Of a stretch of 64,000 nt of DNA, positions 9,846 through 21,559 are shown one piece after another. The translations under genes and the position numbers were made by a program. Under the pieces are notes generated by a model. That model saw only the letters and a list, made by a program, of their open reading frames with translations. It made no database searches and was not told the DNA's origin. Origin of the DNA: Camelus dromedarius (taxonomy: Eukaryota); assembly GCF_036321535.1 (NCBI RefSeq), contig NC_087462.1, positions 9,734,001 to 9,798,000 of the forward strand, given 5' to 3'. How positions within the stretch are numbered: the stretch's first letter is position 1; every line of letters begins with the position of its first letter.

Positions 9846-10244
9846 CCATAAGCAGGGTCCTCCCTCCCAGGCCAGGACTCCAGGTGCACAACGCTTGGCA
9901 AAGCTGACTTATGGGAGCCCCACTGTGCTAGTTTCAAACCTGAGAGTCAGCTCGGGACCACAATTTCCGGTAGAGGCTAATATTGTGTGTGAGCAGCCCT
10001 GCCTCTCTGTGAGACTGTGGGCAAGCGATTTCCTCTCTGTCTCAGTTTCCATAGCTCTAAGATGGAGATAACAATAATAGAACTGTTAGGTGCCCCTTGC
10101 CCCATATTTTGCAACCAAAGCAAGTACCTTATTCATCTCACTCTAGTCCTAGCTCTGCAAACAGAAAGTTTGTGATTTTTTTCTCTCTAAAATTCCAAAT
10201 AGAAATAGTTGTGCTACCATTCCTCAGCTTTTAGCTTTGTTATT

Positions 10245-10407
10245 TTTAATTTTTTTGTTTTTTTTTTTATTTTTGGGGGGGAGGTAATTATGTTTGTTTA
10301 TTTTTTTTAATTTAATTACTTATTTTTAATGGAGGGACTGGGGATCGAACTCTGGACCTTGTGCATGCTAAAGCACACACTCTACCGTTGATCTATAACC
10401 TCCCCCC
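10245..10407 (-). mobile_element. Vic-1-like SINE
   Basis: Reverse-complement SINE head and A-rich tail, flanked by tttgttattttt direct repeats. Confidence 0.85.
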
Positions 10408-10429
10408 AGATTTGTTATTTTTTTTAAAG

Positions 10430-11230
10430 AAGCATTTTATTTTGGAATAGCTTTTGATTTGCAGAAAAATAGCAAAGATAGTACAAAAATGTTGCCTATA
10501 CCCTACACCTCATTTCTCCTATTTTTACCATTTTACATCTGTATGGGACGTGTGTTAAAATTAATGAACCAGTACTGACTGAGAACATTATTGCTAACTG
10601 GAGTCCATGCATTATTCAGATCTCCTCATGTTCCCTAATGTCTGTCCTGGGATCCCCAGGTTACATTAAGTTGTCATGTCTCTTTAGGCTCCCCTGGGCT
10701 GGAATCCTTTCTGAGACTTTCTTGGTTTTGATGATCTTGACAGTTTTGAGGTGTTTTGAAGGATGACCCTCAGCTAGGATTTGTCTGGTGTTTTTCTCAT
10801 GATTGAACTGGGGTGATGGGTTTAGGGAGGACCACAGAGGCAAAGCCCCCTTCTCATCACACCGTGTCCAGGGCATATGCCACCAATATAACGTATCACT
10901 GTGATGTTGAAGTCACCTGGCTGAAGTGTCTGCCAGGTGTCTCCACTGTTGAGTTACTCTCTTCCCCTCTTTCTGTGCTGTACCCTCTGGAAGGAAGTCA
11001 CTATATACAGCCCAAACCTAAGGGATGAGGAGTCACCCTCCACCTCCTTGAGGGCAGAGCATCTGCATAAATTATTCGGGATTCTTCTGCCTGGGAGATG
11101 TCTCTTCTCCCCCATTTATTTATTTATTCAATCATTTATTTAAATCAGTGTGGACTCGGGGATATTTCTTTTACACTTTCCATTGTTTATTTTGTCATTC
11201 AAATAGTTCCAGCTTTGACTCTTTGTTTTA
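10430..11230 (-). mobile_element. Old L1 (L1MC-like) 3' remnant
   Basis: ttttgatttgcagaaaaatagcaaagatagtac...gggatccccaggttacattaagttgtcatgtctc pattern typical of L1MC 3' UTRs. Confidence 0.65.
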
Positions 11231-11325
11231 ACAAACTTAGTTCCAAGGAAGTGTTCTGGAATATTCCTCGTAGGCAAGTAGAAACCAAATGTTTATAAGG
11301 GGCTCATTTAAGGGAAGGTCAAGGG

Positions 11326-11707
11326 GAAAGAAAAATACCATATGATATCGCTCATATGAGAAATCTAAAAAAAGAAAAAGTAAGACATTAATGAACTTAC
11401 CTACAAAACAGAAACAGACTCACAGACATAGTAAACAATCTTATGGTTACCAGGGGTAAAGGGGATAGGAAGGGACAAATTGGGAATTCAAGATTTGGAA
11501 ATATTAACTACTATATATAAAAAAGATAAAAAACAAATTTCTTCTGTAATAGCATAGGGAACTATATTCTGTATCTTGTAGTAACCTATAATAATAAAGC
11601 ATATGAAAACAAATATATGTATGTATGTGCATGACTGAAACATGATGCTGTACACCAGAAACTGACACATTGTAACTGACTATACTTCTCAGAAAAAAAA
11701 AAAAAAA
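11326..11707 (+). mobile_element. Artiodactyl L1 3' end with poly(A) tail
   Basis: acagactcacagacatag...atggttacc...gcatagggaactatatt...gctgtacaccagaaact...poly(A). Confidence 0.85.
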
Positions 11708-11879
11708 GAGAGAAGGTTGGGGTAGGCAGGGAAGTGACATGATTCTAGGAGCAGAGAGCATGCACAAAGGTTTTTCTTTTCATGGTTAATATTAAGATGA
11801 TAACGTAGAGACATTAAAGAAAAAAGTCCGTAAAGGACGCAAAGATCCAATCATCCTGCTTCCCTCCGTCAACTATTTT

Positions 11880-12185
11880 CTTTCTTTTTTTGTTGTTTTT
11901 TAGGTTTTTTTTTTTTTTCATTTTCTGGGTGTGTTCTTTTATGTGTAGCTCTCATCACCTTCTTTTCTTTAATTCTTATTTTTTATTAACATGTAGTCAA
12001 TTTACAATGTTAGTTTTAGGTCTACAACAAAGTGATTCAGTTATGCACATAATTACATACATATATATTTTTTCAGTTTCTTTTCCATTACAGCTCATTA
12101 CAAGAAATTGAATCTAGTTCCCTTTGCTATACAGTAGGTCCTTGTTGTTTATCTATTTTACGTGCAGTAACGTGTATCTGTTCAA
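11880..12185 (-). mobile_element. L1 3' fragment
   Basis: atttacaatgttagtttt...acagcaaagtgattcagttat-like...ccctttgctatacagtaggtccttgttgtttatct. Confidence 0.75.
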
Positions 12186-12321
12186 CTGTTTTATTTCTGT
12201 TCATTAAACTACACATACATTTCATTGCATTGACAGAATGCCTTACTTTGGGACATTGAAGTGTTTTTAGTTGTGCGTAGCCCCGTGTGGGCGACAGAGG
12301 GACATCTCCATGCTTGTAGAA

Positions 12322-12532
12322 AGCCGCTGGCCCAGGGGCAATTCTGCCCCCAGGGGGACATTTGACAATGGCTAGAGACAGTTTTGGTTGTCACAGCTGC
12401 AGGAGGAAGGGCGCTGGCCTCTAGCGAGTGGAGGCGGGGCTTATGCTCAACTTCCCACAGTGCACAGGACGGTGGTCCCACCGCCACAGAGAATGCTCCA
12501 TCTCAGGAGTGCGGAGGGTGAGAAGCACTGCC
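12322..12532 (+). mobile_element. MER20-like DNA transposon
   Basis: ggggcaattctgcccccagggggacatttgacaatggctagagacagttttggttgtcacag...gagaagcactg. Confidence 0.8.
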
Positions 12533-13176
12533 CTGGAGGGTCTTAGGTGCAGCTTAGGAATCAGACCTCCCCTCAAATTCCATCTTGGCTCTGGACCAGC
12601 TACTTCATCCTGCTGACACTGTGGTTTCTTTCATTAGTTTTACTTATTTATTTATTTAGTGCTTTCTTATAGAATGGGTGTGATATCAGCTACATCCCAA
12701 GTCATTATGAGAATTAAATACATCAATATATCAAAAATGTTTGGCTCAATGCCTAGTGCATTCTTACTACCCTGTGAGACTTCATCCTTATCATCAGTTG
12801 ATAAGTTTTGGATTTGATTGAATCCTTTCCTTAGATGGAGCTCCCCAAAATGGGGTTCCTGGGTCCCAGCAGAATGTGTGTCTCCCTGGCTCTTGCTTTC
12901 CCTAAAGAGGAATCTAGAATTTAATCCATTGCCTGCCCCTGGGTGGATTCTTATCTCTCCAATCGTGTCACAGTTGTTCTTGTTTTCATTCCAGCTCCTT
13001 CCCTGGTCCCCATTCCAGCAGCCCCTCCCTCTCCTATAAAACACACCAGCTCCAGAGTGCCCTCGACCCACATTGGACATTTCCCTGGGTCTGCAGTTCA
13101 ATCAGCACCCCTTTCTCAGTCCTGGGCCTCTGAAGCAGCCCCAGGACTGAGTGTGGGCATCCAAACCATGTTTTCT

Positions 13177-13641
13177 TGTTGGAAGAGGTTGTTGAGAGGA
13201 TGTGATGACCAGTTGACCTGAGAGCTGGACGGGGCAATTAGAGGCTCCTTATCTCTTCCTCTATCCTTTTCCACCCCCCTTCCTCTATACTGGAATATAT
13301 GTTCTGCCCACTTTTCTCACTTCAAGCCACTTTAAGCCACAACCTTGAGAGAATAATGCATTTTTGAAGCCATCTGGTTGATACATCTGACTGAACCCCA
13401 TTAAGATCTCTGTATAAACTTGTAAGATCATGGTGGGTGAGGGCTGAGACCTACTCATCTTGCAGGCGCCCAAGACAAGCCTTTTAAGTAAGTTTCCTTG
13501 CTTATTAAACCCGCCACCAACAATTATGGAGTGTTCTGCCTCCTTCTTCCGTCACTCCTTACCCTCTGTCTACAGGGGCCAGTTTCAGATTTCACTCAGG
13601 GAATACCAGCTCGCGTTGGTTCTGGAGGTTGGGAGCCAACA
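13177..13641 (+). mobile_element. 5' LTR of the outer provirus
   Basis: tgttggaagagg...gggagccaaca. Shares the blocks cagttgacc, ccagtttcagatttca and gaggttggga with the 3' LTR. Confidence 0.8.
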
Positions 13642-13643
13642 AT

Positions 13644-13661
13644 TGGTGAGCCAGCCAGGAG
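13644..13661 (+). promoter_or_regulatory. Primer-binding site, tRNA-Arg
   Basis: TGGTGAGCCAGCCAGGAG, 17/18 to the complement of the tRNA-Arg(ACG) 3' end, 2 nt after the LTR end. Confidence 0.85.
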
Positions 13662-14385
13662 ACTGAAGGAATGGGCCTTGGGAAAGAGGCATCTGAGGGG
13701 GAAATTACTGGATGGCCATCGACCTCTGTGTGAGGAAGAGTGTCCTGTATGTTAGATGCTTGTGGACCTCCACATGAATACAGAGATGCCCTGAAAACAT
13801 TAGCTGGTCTAATGTACTGTTTGAGGAACTGTGCAGAGTGCAGTTCAGCAAAGAAGGGAGATGAATGACTGTCACAGGGAGCTGGACACCCATGCCAATT
13901 AGAGGCTGAAGCTCGAGTTAGCAAATTGGAGGAAAAGTTGAGGTTAGAGAAAGATGTGGTTGTTCACTACTCTGATAGCTTTGGGGCTAGTGGAGAAGGT
14001 GGGAAAGCAGGATATTAAGTTGGAGAACTGAGTGTGCTGTTTTGCAAAGCTAGGAGGGTGCAAGCCGCCTCAGATTAAGGTTGGAGCACCTGGAATAAAG
14101 CCACTAAGAGGTGGGACCCCTGGGAAAGTGAGGAGACTGAAGGGGAGGATGTTGTGGTGATTAACGGTGAAATGGATGAAGCACCTTGTGCTGTCAGACC
14201 CCTAATACCAAGGACAGCAGAAGCACAGCAACCACAAACCCAGCCGGTGGGGCAGCCCCCAGTTCAGGAAGTGTTCCTGATGAGAGAATACATACCTGCT
14301 GAGCTTACTGACCTGGGAAAACAAACAAACAAACCTGACTCTCGATCAGCTTTCAGAGAAAGATTTTGATCAAAATGGGGAAACG

Positions 14386-14882
14386 TGAAAACGAATAAAC
14401 AGAAACCTCATTTAAAATGGGGTGGGGAGGCCAGAAGGGTGAGCTCCTATGACCTACCTCTCAGTGTCAATTCTGCAACAGACAGAGGTGGTACTTTTGC
14501 ACCTCCAACAGGAAGAAGATGACTACTTTGCTACTCAGCAGGAGGGAGGAAGGAAGGATTTCTCCCTGCCTGGCAACAGACCAGCCAATTAGAGACTGTC
14601 ACAACTCAGCCAATGAAAAGCCACTACACTTTGAACTCCCAGTTTCCTCCAGTGGACTCTTTGTTTATAATAGCCCCTCTCAACTCCCCCTTCTCCTCTA
14701 TAAGAGAACACTTCTCTCCTACATTCTCCAGGCTTGTCTGTGGTTCACTATAATTTGCATATCCCAAATTGCAATTGTTTTCCCGAGTACCCCCGCCCCC
14801 TGCTTCTTCTTCTTCTTCTTCTTCTTCTTTTTTTTTTTTTTTTTTGGTAAAATAACTGATTGTTTAATTGTTTTAGGTAAAT
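14386..14882 (+). mobile_element. 5' LTR of the inner class I ERV (MER34-like)
   Basis: Related to the solo LTR at 55395-55853 (gaaacctc...aaaatgg...gaggccagaaggg; ttgcaatt...ggtaaaataact...aggt). Followed by a degenerate PBS-Leu tgatgtctgagaagtggggt at 14889-14908. Confidence 0.7.
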
Positions 14883-15073
14883 TTTACTTGATGTCTGAGA
14901 AGTGGGGTCCAGAAAGGACCCCTAATAAGACTGAGGCTGGTAAGCAAACAGGTGCTGGTACCCACAGAGCCCACTGAGCCCAGTCCTTTCTTCCCAAGTT
15001 TGAGGGTAAATTTTCTCCTGGATTTAAAATCTGCTTTTTTTGCATTTTTAAAGTCTCCAGACTTTATTGAGGA

Positions 15074-15111
<38 letters not shown>

Positions 15112-15371
15112 GCTTTGTCCTTTCTGTGATTACCCATTTGGCCTGACTTTTGAAACCAGGCTGTTTCTACTGAAACTGTACTAGTCCTCAGTCTGGTTCC
15201 TTTTGGAACCTGGGTGTTTCTATGGGAACTATGCTGTTTAAGATTTTTTTTCCTTTGCTCTAAAGAAAAACCTCTAAGAAATGGGATTACAGTCATCTAA
15301 ATGTTTTGAGGGTTCCCCTCCACTCCCCTTTAGGGATCCCAGTCAACTTTATGTTTAAAAATCACAATCCT

Positions 15372-15490
15372 GGGGAGGGTGTAGCTCAAGTTGTAGAGCA
15401 TATGCTTAGCATATTCATGGTCCTGGGTTCAATTCAAAGTATCTCCTCTAAAAACAAACAAACAAACAAACAAACCAAATTACCCCCCAC
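15372..15490 (+). mobile_element. Vic-1-like SINE inside the inner ERV leader
   Basis: ggggagggtgtagctcaagttgtagagc...gggttcaattc...(aaac)n. Confidence 0.85.
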
Positions 15491-15559
15491 TCCCCAATCA
15501 GTCTCTACTCATGCCCATTTCTAACTAAATGGACTGACTTAACCCCAAAATAATTTAGA

Positions 15560-18500
15560 ACACTGATGGCCATTTTGGGGAACTTTTGAACTCCCTAAAC
15601 TTAATTTTCTTAATATTGGACAGCAATGGCTCTAAAATTGTCCAAATTGAATGGGATGCCTATTTTGATTGATATTTTGAGGCTTCCAAACATTATCAGG
15701 AGTCAAAAATGGCCTCTCTGCAAAACACAATTTTTAAGTTAACTGAAGCAAACAAAGAGAGACAACATGGCCCTGAGGCTCTCTTTCCTCTCCTTCAACT
15801 TTTCTGTGTTGCAGCACCCGTCTTGTGCTAAGGCTCCACATCTGTTGCCATCTTCCTCTTTCTCTTTGCACTGCCTCCACTTCCTCTGTACCCTTTGCTT
15901 CCCCATCCTAATTCTCTGGCCAAACTTACCTTTTTCCCTAAATCTCTCTCACCCCCTCACCCCAAACCAATCAGAATCTGCCCTTTTAAAGTGAAATCTT
16001 CTAAGGACCCAAATAAAACACAAGTTTCTTAGGTTCCCTGGACTGAGGCTGAATTGCAAACCATATGAATTGCAAGAGTTCCCTAAAGTAACTGAGGGCT
16101 CCGATAGGTTTGCTGGAGAATTTCACATAGGAGTTCAACCTATTACAGACCCAGGTTCTCAGAATTTTTAATCAATAGAAATTGATAAAAGGCTGGATAA
16201 AAAATTCAGGCATGGGAGGCAGGTTATAGCTCAGTGGTAGAGTGAATGCTTAGTAAGCACAAGGTCCGGGGTTTAACCCCCAGTACTTCCATTAAAAAGG
16301 TAAATAAATAAATAAATGAACATAATTACCCTCTCCCCCACAATCAATCAATCAATCAATTAATTTAAAAAGAATATTATTAAAAAATAAAGAAATTCAA
16401 GCATGACTTTACTGGGACTGCTGCAGCAGGAGGAAGTGAAAATAAGAAACAGATGCCCTTAATCACTCCCTGAGCTGAGTGGAGGAGGAAACAAGCTCGG
16501 TCCTTAAACAGGGAGAGGGTGGGGGCAGATCAGTGGTTTGGGTAGGAGGCATAGCTTAGGTGTTCTGCACATGCCCATGGAGGTGCTGTGTGATGGGATC
16601 ATGCCCAGTACCTTGCTTTTGCTGGCACTTCCGAAATGGCAGCTGGTTTGTGGCCTTTTTGTATCTTATTGTTCATAGTTGCCCCAACTGAACATGTGTT
16701 GTAGATATTTTTAGTGCCTTGTAATTTCTTTGTACTCTGTTGCTCGAGGAGCCATTTGTCTGGGTGCAGGCACTCCTGGTAAAGAGTGCCAGGTCCCAGC
16801 CTATCTCAAAACAAGCCTGGCTGTCTAGATTTATCTCAGTTAGTCCACATGCTTGTTGGTAAGGATCAAACCAAGTATTGGATGAAACTAGCTAACCCAA
16901 TGGGAACATCCTCTGAAAAGGATTTAGGAAAAACAAACCCCTAACTTTTGTCAAGAGCCTAGAACACTCACTAGAGTCCTCCACAGATCAATTGCAGTAG
17001 CTTTTTCTACACTCAATGACCAGAACAAAATTTAGGCTTGCACACAAAAATCTGATGTACCTGTTCATAACTACTATAATCAACTTCAGATTGTTTTCAA
17101 AGAAAATTCTGGTCTTTTTCAGATGTTGAATCCACTGGGTAGCCTTTAACTCTATGTTTATTAATGGGCTGAACTGGGATCTTTCTCTTTTAGTTAAAAG
17201 GACCAGGGTGGAATGGGAAATTATGTCCACTCCAGATGTAGTTAATTCGGCAAATCAGCTTGCTTGCACCCTAGATGAGTCACCTAAAAGAAAGAACACC
17301 AAAAGTCTTAATTTTTAACTATAGCAAATGAAGGTCTTTAAAAACCAAAAACCTAATTTCTCTATTTTTGCAAAAAGCCAGGACACTAGAAATGAGACTG
17401 TTATAAAGTTAAGCTTCCAGGCATCTTCAGTCCCCTTCCAGGCTTTCCAATGTCCTTCTAATTCCCAGGAATTACAGCGGCTCTTTCCAATATTCTGTCT
17501 TAATCTGCTCAGAGAAACAACTCTCCAGATTGGGAATGAACCTGTGTCTGTCCCTTATTGACACTGGAGACACACTCTGGATGTTCAACTCCTCTGCTCT
17601 AAAGCAGCCCCTGCCTCACAGTACTGGAACAGTTCTAATATTGGGAGTCTCTAATGAACCTCAAGAATGAACCTATTCCCTTTTGTTTAGGCCCCTTGAG
17701 AGAGACACACCCTTTTCTCATTAGTTCCTCAGCCCTTATTTATTTATCAGGCTGAAACATCTTAGAAAAGTATTATGCCAGAATTTCTTTCTCCAGAAAG
17801 GGGGAAATAATTCTAGAATTTGAGAGTAGCAATCAAAATAGCCAATACGGTTAATTAAATAATCCTTCAGCATTTTTTATTTGCCCCATCTCTGATGATA
17901 CTGGAGCTGACTCTGGAGACAATGATCATTTGTCCCTATTGATTCAGCTACCACCCTCCTTATGGGCAAAATCTCCAACTGATGTTGGCAAAATCCACAG
18001 TGCATCTTCCATTGAGATCCAAACAGACCTCTCAAAACCTCTCCCTAGAATTAATCAATACTCTGTAAGTAAAGAAGCCCTTCAAGCTATAAAGCTTCTA
18101 ATAGAAGATTGCAAGTCATTATAATGGGCTTCATTAACCTTTATGCTAGTTCCTGTAACACTTTTATTCTACTTTTGAGAAAACCCAAGGGTTGAGGAGG
18201 TAGGTTTGTCTAGGTCCCTCAAGCAATGAGCAACATTGTTATTTTTTTGTCACCCTGTTGTTTCTAACTTATCAATACTACTAACATTCATCCCCACTGA
18301 AAGCAAAAGATTCACCATAACTGATCTATGCAGTGCATTCTTCAGTATTCCAGTTTACAAGGCAGGCCAATATCTTTTTGCCTTCACATGGGAAGGACAG
18401 CAATACACCTCGACAGTAGTGCCCCAGGACTTCACAGAAAGTCCCTCTTAATTTTCACAAATCTTAAAATCTGATTTGGATGATGTAAAATTTTCTTCAG

Positions 18501-21500
18501 GCTCTACTTTTTTTTCCCAAAATATATGACTGATTTGCTTCTATGTTGCCATTCTCAAACCTCTTCACAGGAAGATAGCACCCACCTGTCAAAACTTTTG
18601 GTCTTGTAAAGTCTCCAAAGAAAAATTGCAGTTTGCTCAAATTCAGGTTCAATATTTAGGGCACCTGATCTCAGAACAAGGACTACATTTAGATCCAGGT
18701 AGGCTTCAGGGGATCCTGAACTTCCCCAAACCTAAAACTAAGCACCAACTATGAGGTTTTCTCAGGCTAGCTGGCTACTGTCAAAACTGGACTCCAAAAT
18801 TCTTTCTTTAAGGCCCAGCCCCTATACACTTCATTAAAAAACAGCAAACTTTGCCCCATTGTTTGGGGAGGTCAGGATGACATAGTTTTTGAAGCCTTAA
18901 AGAAGGGCTTAATGAGACCCCCGCCCTTGGACATCCTAATTATCAGATTCCTTCTCTCCTCTCTATTTGAGAAGGAAGGAAATGTCCTTGGAGGACTCAC
19001 CTGAAAACATGGGGACCATCATTGACCCATAGGGTATCATAGCCAACATCTGGACCCTGTGGCACTGGAATACCCTCCTTGCCTCAGAACCACTCCTGTG
19101 ACTGCCCTTCTGGTTAAGAAGAAATCACCAAAGAAATCATCATGGGATTCCCCATTAACCACCTTTGTACCCCCTGCAGTAGAAGCCCTCCTGAATTTCC
19201 ATCACACTCAACACTTTTCAGGCAGTTGCCTCACCTCCTGTGAAATCCTTTTGCTGATTGCTCTTCACATAACTCTTTCAGGTCATAATAACCTCAGCCC
19301 TGCTTTTTTTCTCCTCTCCTTCGCTGACGAACTCCCTCATGACTGTCCAACACTGACAGATCACCTTTTGACTCCCTTTGATAATCTGCGGGAGACTCCT
19401 CTAACCATTGTAGACTTCTCATGGTTTACTGATGGTTCATAATTAAAGGATGGCCATGGTAAACATCATGCTCGGCATGCTATCACACCTCTCAAAGTCG
19501 CTGAGACAGCACCCTTACCTTTGGCTACTTCAACCCAACAGGCTGAATCACGCACTCTCACTCAGGCTTGTACTTCAGCCAAAGGCAAAACTTCAAACAT
19601 TTATACCAATATCCATTATGCAACTGGGCTAGCCCATGACTTTGAGATGTTATGAAAACAGTGAGGTTTTCTTACCTCTAGTGGGGAAAATATTAAAAAT
19701 GGCTCTATTATCCAAAATTCATCAGATGCCATACTCTTGCCAGCCGCATTGGCATTAAGATCCCTGGCATTCCTAGCTTGACTCTCTAGAGGCTAAAGGA
19801 AATCCATTCACTGATATTTCTGCCAAAAATGCTGCTTTCAAAGGAACCAGTGGCCAAACCTCTGTCATAGTCCAAAGGGGTGCTCCTCAAAATGACAGTC
19901 TAGAAAATTGACTAGAAATGGCCAACAGTTGTCCCCAGGAAGGGAAAATCAATATTGGAAATCTAGTAACTGTTGGTTTGATAAAAAGGGAAAATTCTGG
20001 TTTGGTCAAATAACAAATGTGTCCGACCAGATATTCTAAGATTTGCAATTCTTACATTAAGCCATTATATTATAATATATAATCATATATATAAAATAGT
20101 GGCTTGTATTATTATTACATTATGTTTATTTTATATTATATATAATAATACAAACCATTATTATATATATAAGAGCCCCACTTCTTACATTAAACCAATG
20201 CATTAAACCATTGGTCCACTGACAAAAATGATAGCACGCATTAATCAATATTGGTGGGGAAATATTAATAAAGCTGCAAAAAGTGCTTACCTTGCTTGTC
20301 CCATTTGTCCAAAGTACAATGCAGGGAAACCTGTTCGCGCTGCTCCAGGATGTTTTGAATTGCCTAACAGCCCATTGGAGGTTTGAGAAATGGACTTCAT
20401 GCAGCTTCATGCCCCCATCTCATGGATATAAACAGAGCTGTATGTTTTCTCACTGGACTGAAGCTTTCCCTTGTAGACAGGCCATTGTTTCTGCGGCTAA
20501 AATTTTGCTAGAAAAGATTATCCCTACCTGGGGACCCCCTCTGGAACTTTATAGTAATAGGGGAACCCATTTTACAGGTCAGGTACTTCAACAAGTCTGT
20601 GCTATTTGGCCAGTTGATAACACTTTTATTGTGTTTATCATCCTCAAGTCCTCCAGGTTAGTCGAACTCACCAACAGCACTATGAAGACTCAACATTTGT
20701 GAATACCCTCCAAATACCTTGGCCAAAAGCATTGCCATTGGTTCTTCTAAATCTCAGATGCACCCCCTTTGGAACTCATAAACTCTCGCTCTTTGAGATA
20801 GTTATAGGATGTTCAATGCACCTAGCCCCCACTTCTTTTTATCTGCAGCTAATAAAAGTAGATATGCTTCAATATTGTAAGGCCTAATTGCTTCTATTAA
20901 AAATTACCACGCTTTGGTAGAGCGATCTTTGCACAGTGTGCTCCAGGGCAATGAAGACCTTAAGCATCACACCTTGCAACCTGGAAATTTTGTCTATCAG
21001 AAAATACACCTCTAGAAGGATTCTTTCTTCAACCTTGCTGGAAAGGCCCTTACCACATTCTGTCAACCAGCCCTTGTGGCACCACACTTAAGAGAATAGA
21101 TTCTTAGATTCATGTGACATATTTAGAGAAAGCACCAAACCCTGACTGGACTTTCACACCATCTGGTGACCGGAAGGTAAAGATTTCCCAGAGCTGAAGT
21201 GGATGACATCTGATGAGACAGCTTTCTCAAGATGTCTGGACTCAAAGGCTTAGAATTTACAGAAGTCTCTCTTTCATCTGGACTATTAACTGACTGTGGA
21301 TTCTTATCCAAATCCATGGTCCCTGAATTTTCAAAATACAGGCTATCAATGTATTATTGATAAAACTTTTGATTCCAAACATTTCTTTTAAGATAGTAAT
21401 ATTTTTTTTTAATGTTTGAAGTTCTGCTATTTTTGTGAAAAGTCCATTAACTATTGTCTCCTGTTTACTCCTGCACTGTGTCTTCTGAAAGCACTCGTTT

Positions 21501-21540
21501 AATTCTTCCAGTTTCAATGTGCTTTCCTGTATTCACTATT
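15560..21540 (+). pseudogene. Degenerate gag-pro-pol (plus env start) of the inner class I ERV
   Basis: Gag MHR-like CTQKSDVPVHNYYNQLQIVFKENSG (~17040-17115). RT ITDLCSAFFSIP..FAFTWEGQQYT (18236-18451). RNase H WFTDGS (19442). Integrase EAFPCRQ..EKIIPTWGPP..SNRGTHFTGQV (20283-20702). Many stops and frameshifts. Confidence 0.85.
16214..16390 (+). mobile_element. Vic-1-like SINE inside inner gag
   Basis: SINE head and tail, with a TSD-like aaattcaggcatg/aaattcaagcatg. Confidence 0.88.
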
Positions 21541-21559
21541 CTAAGACATAGACTTCAGA

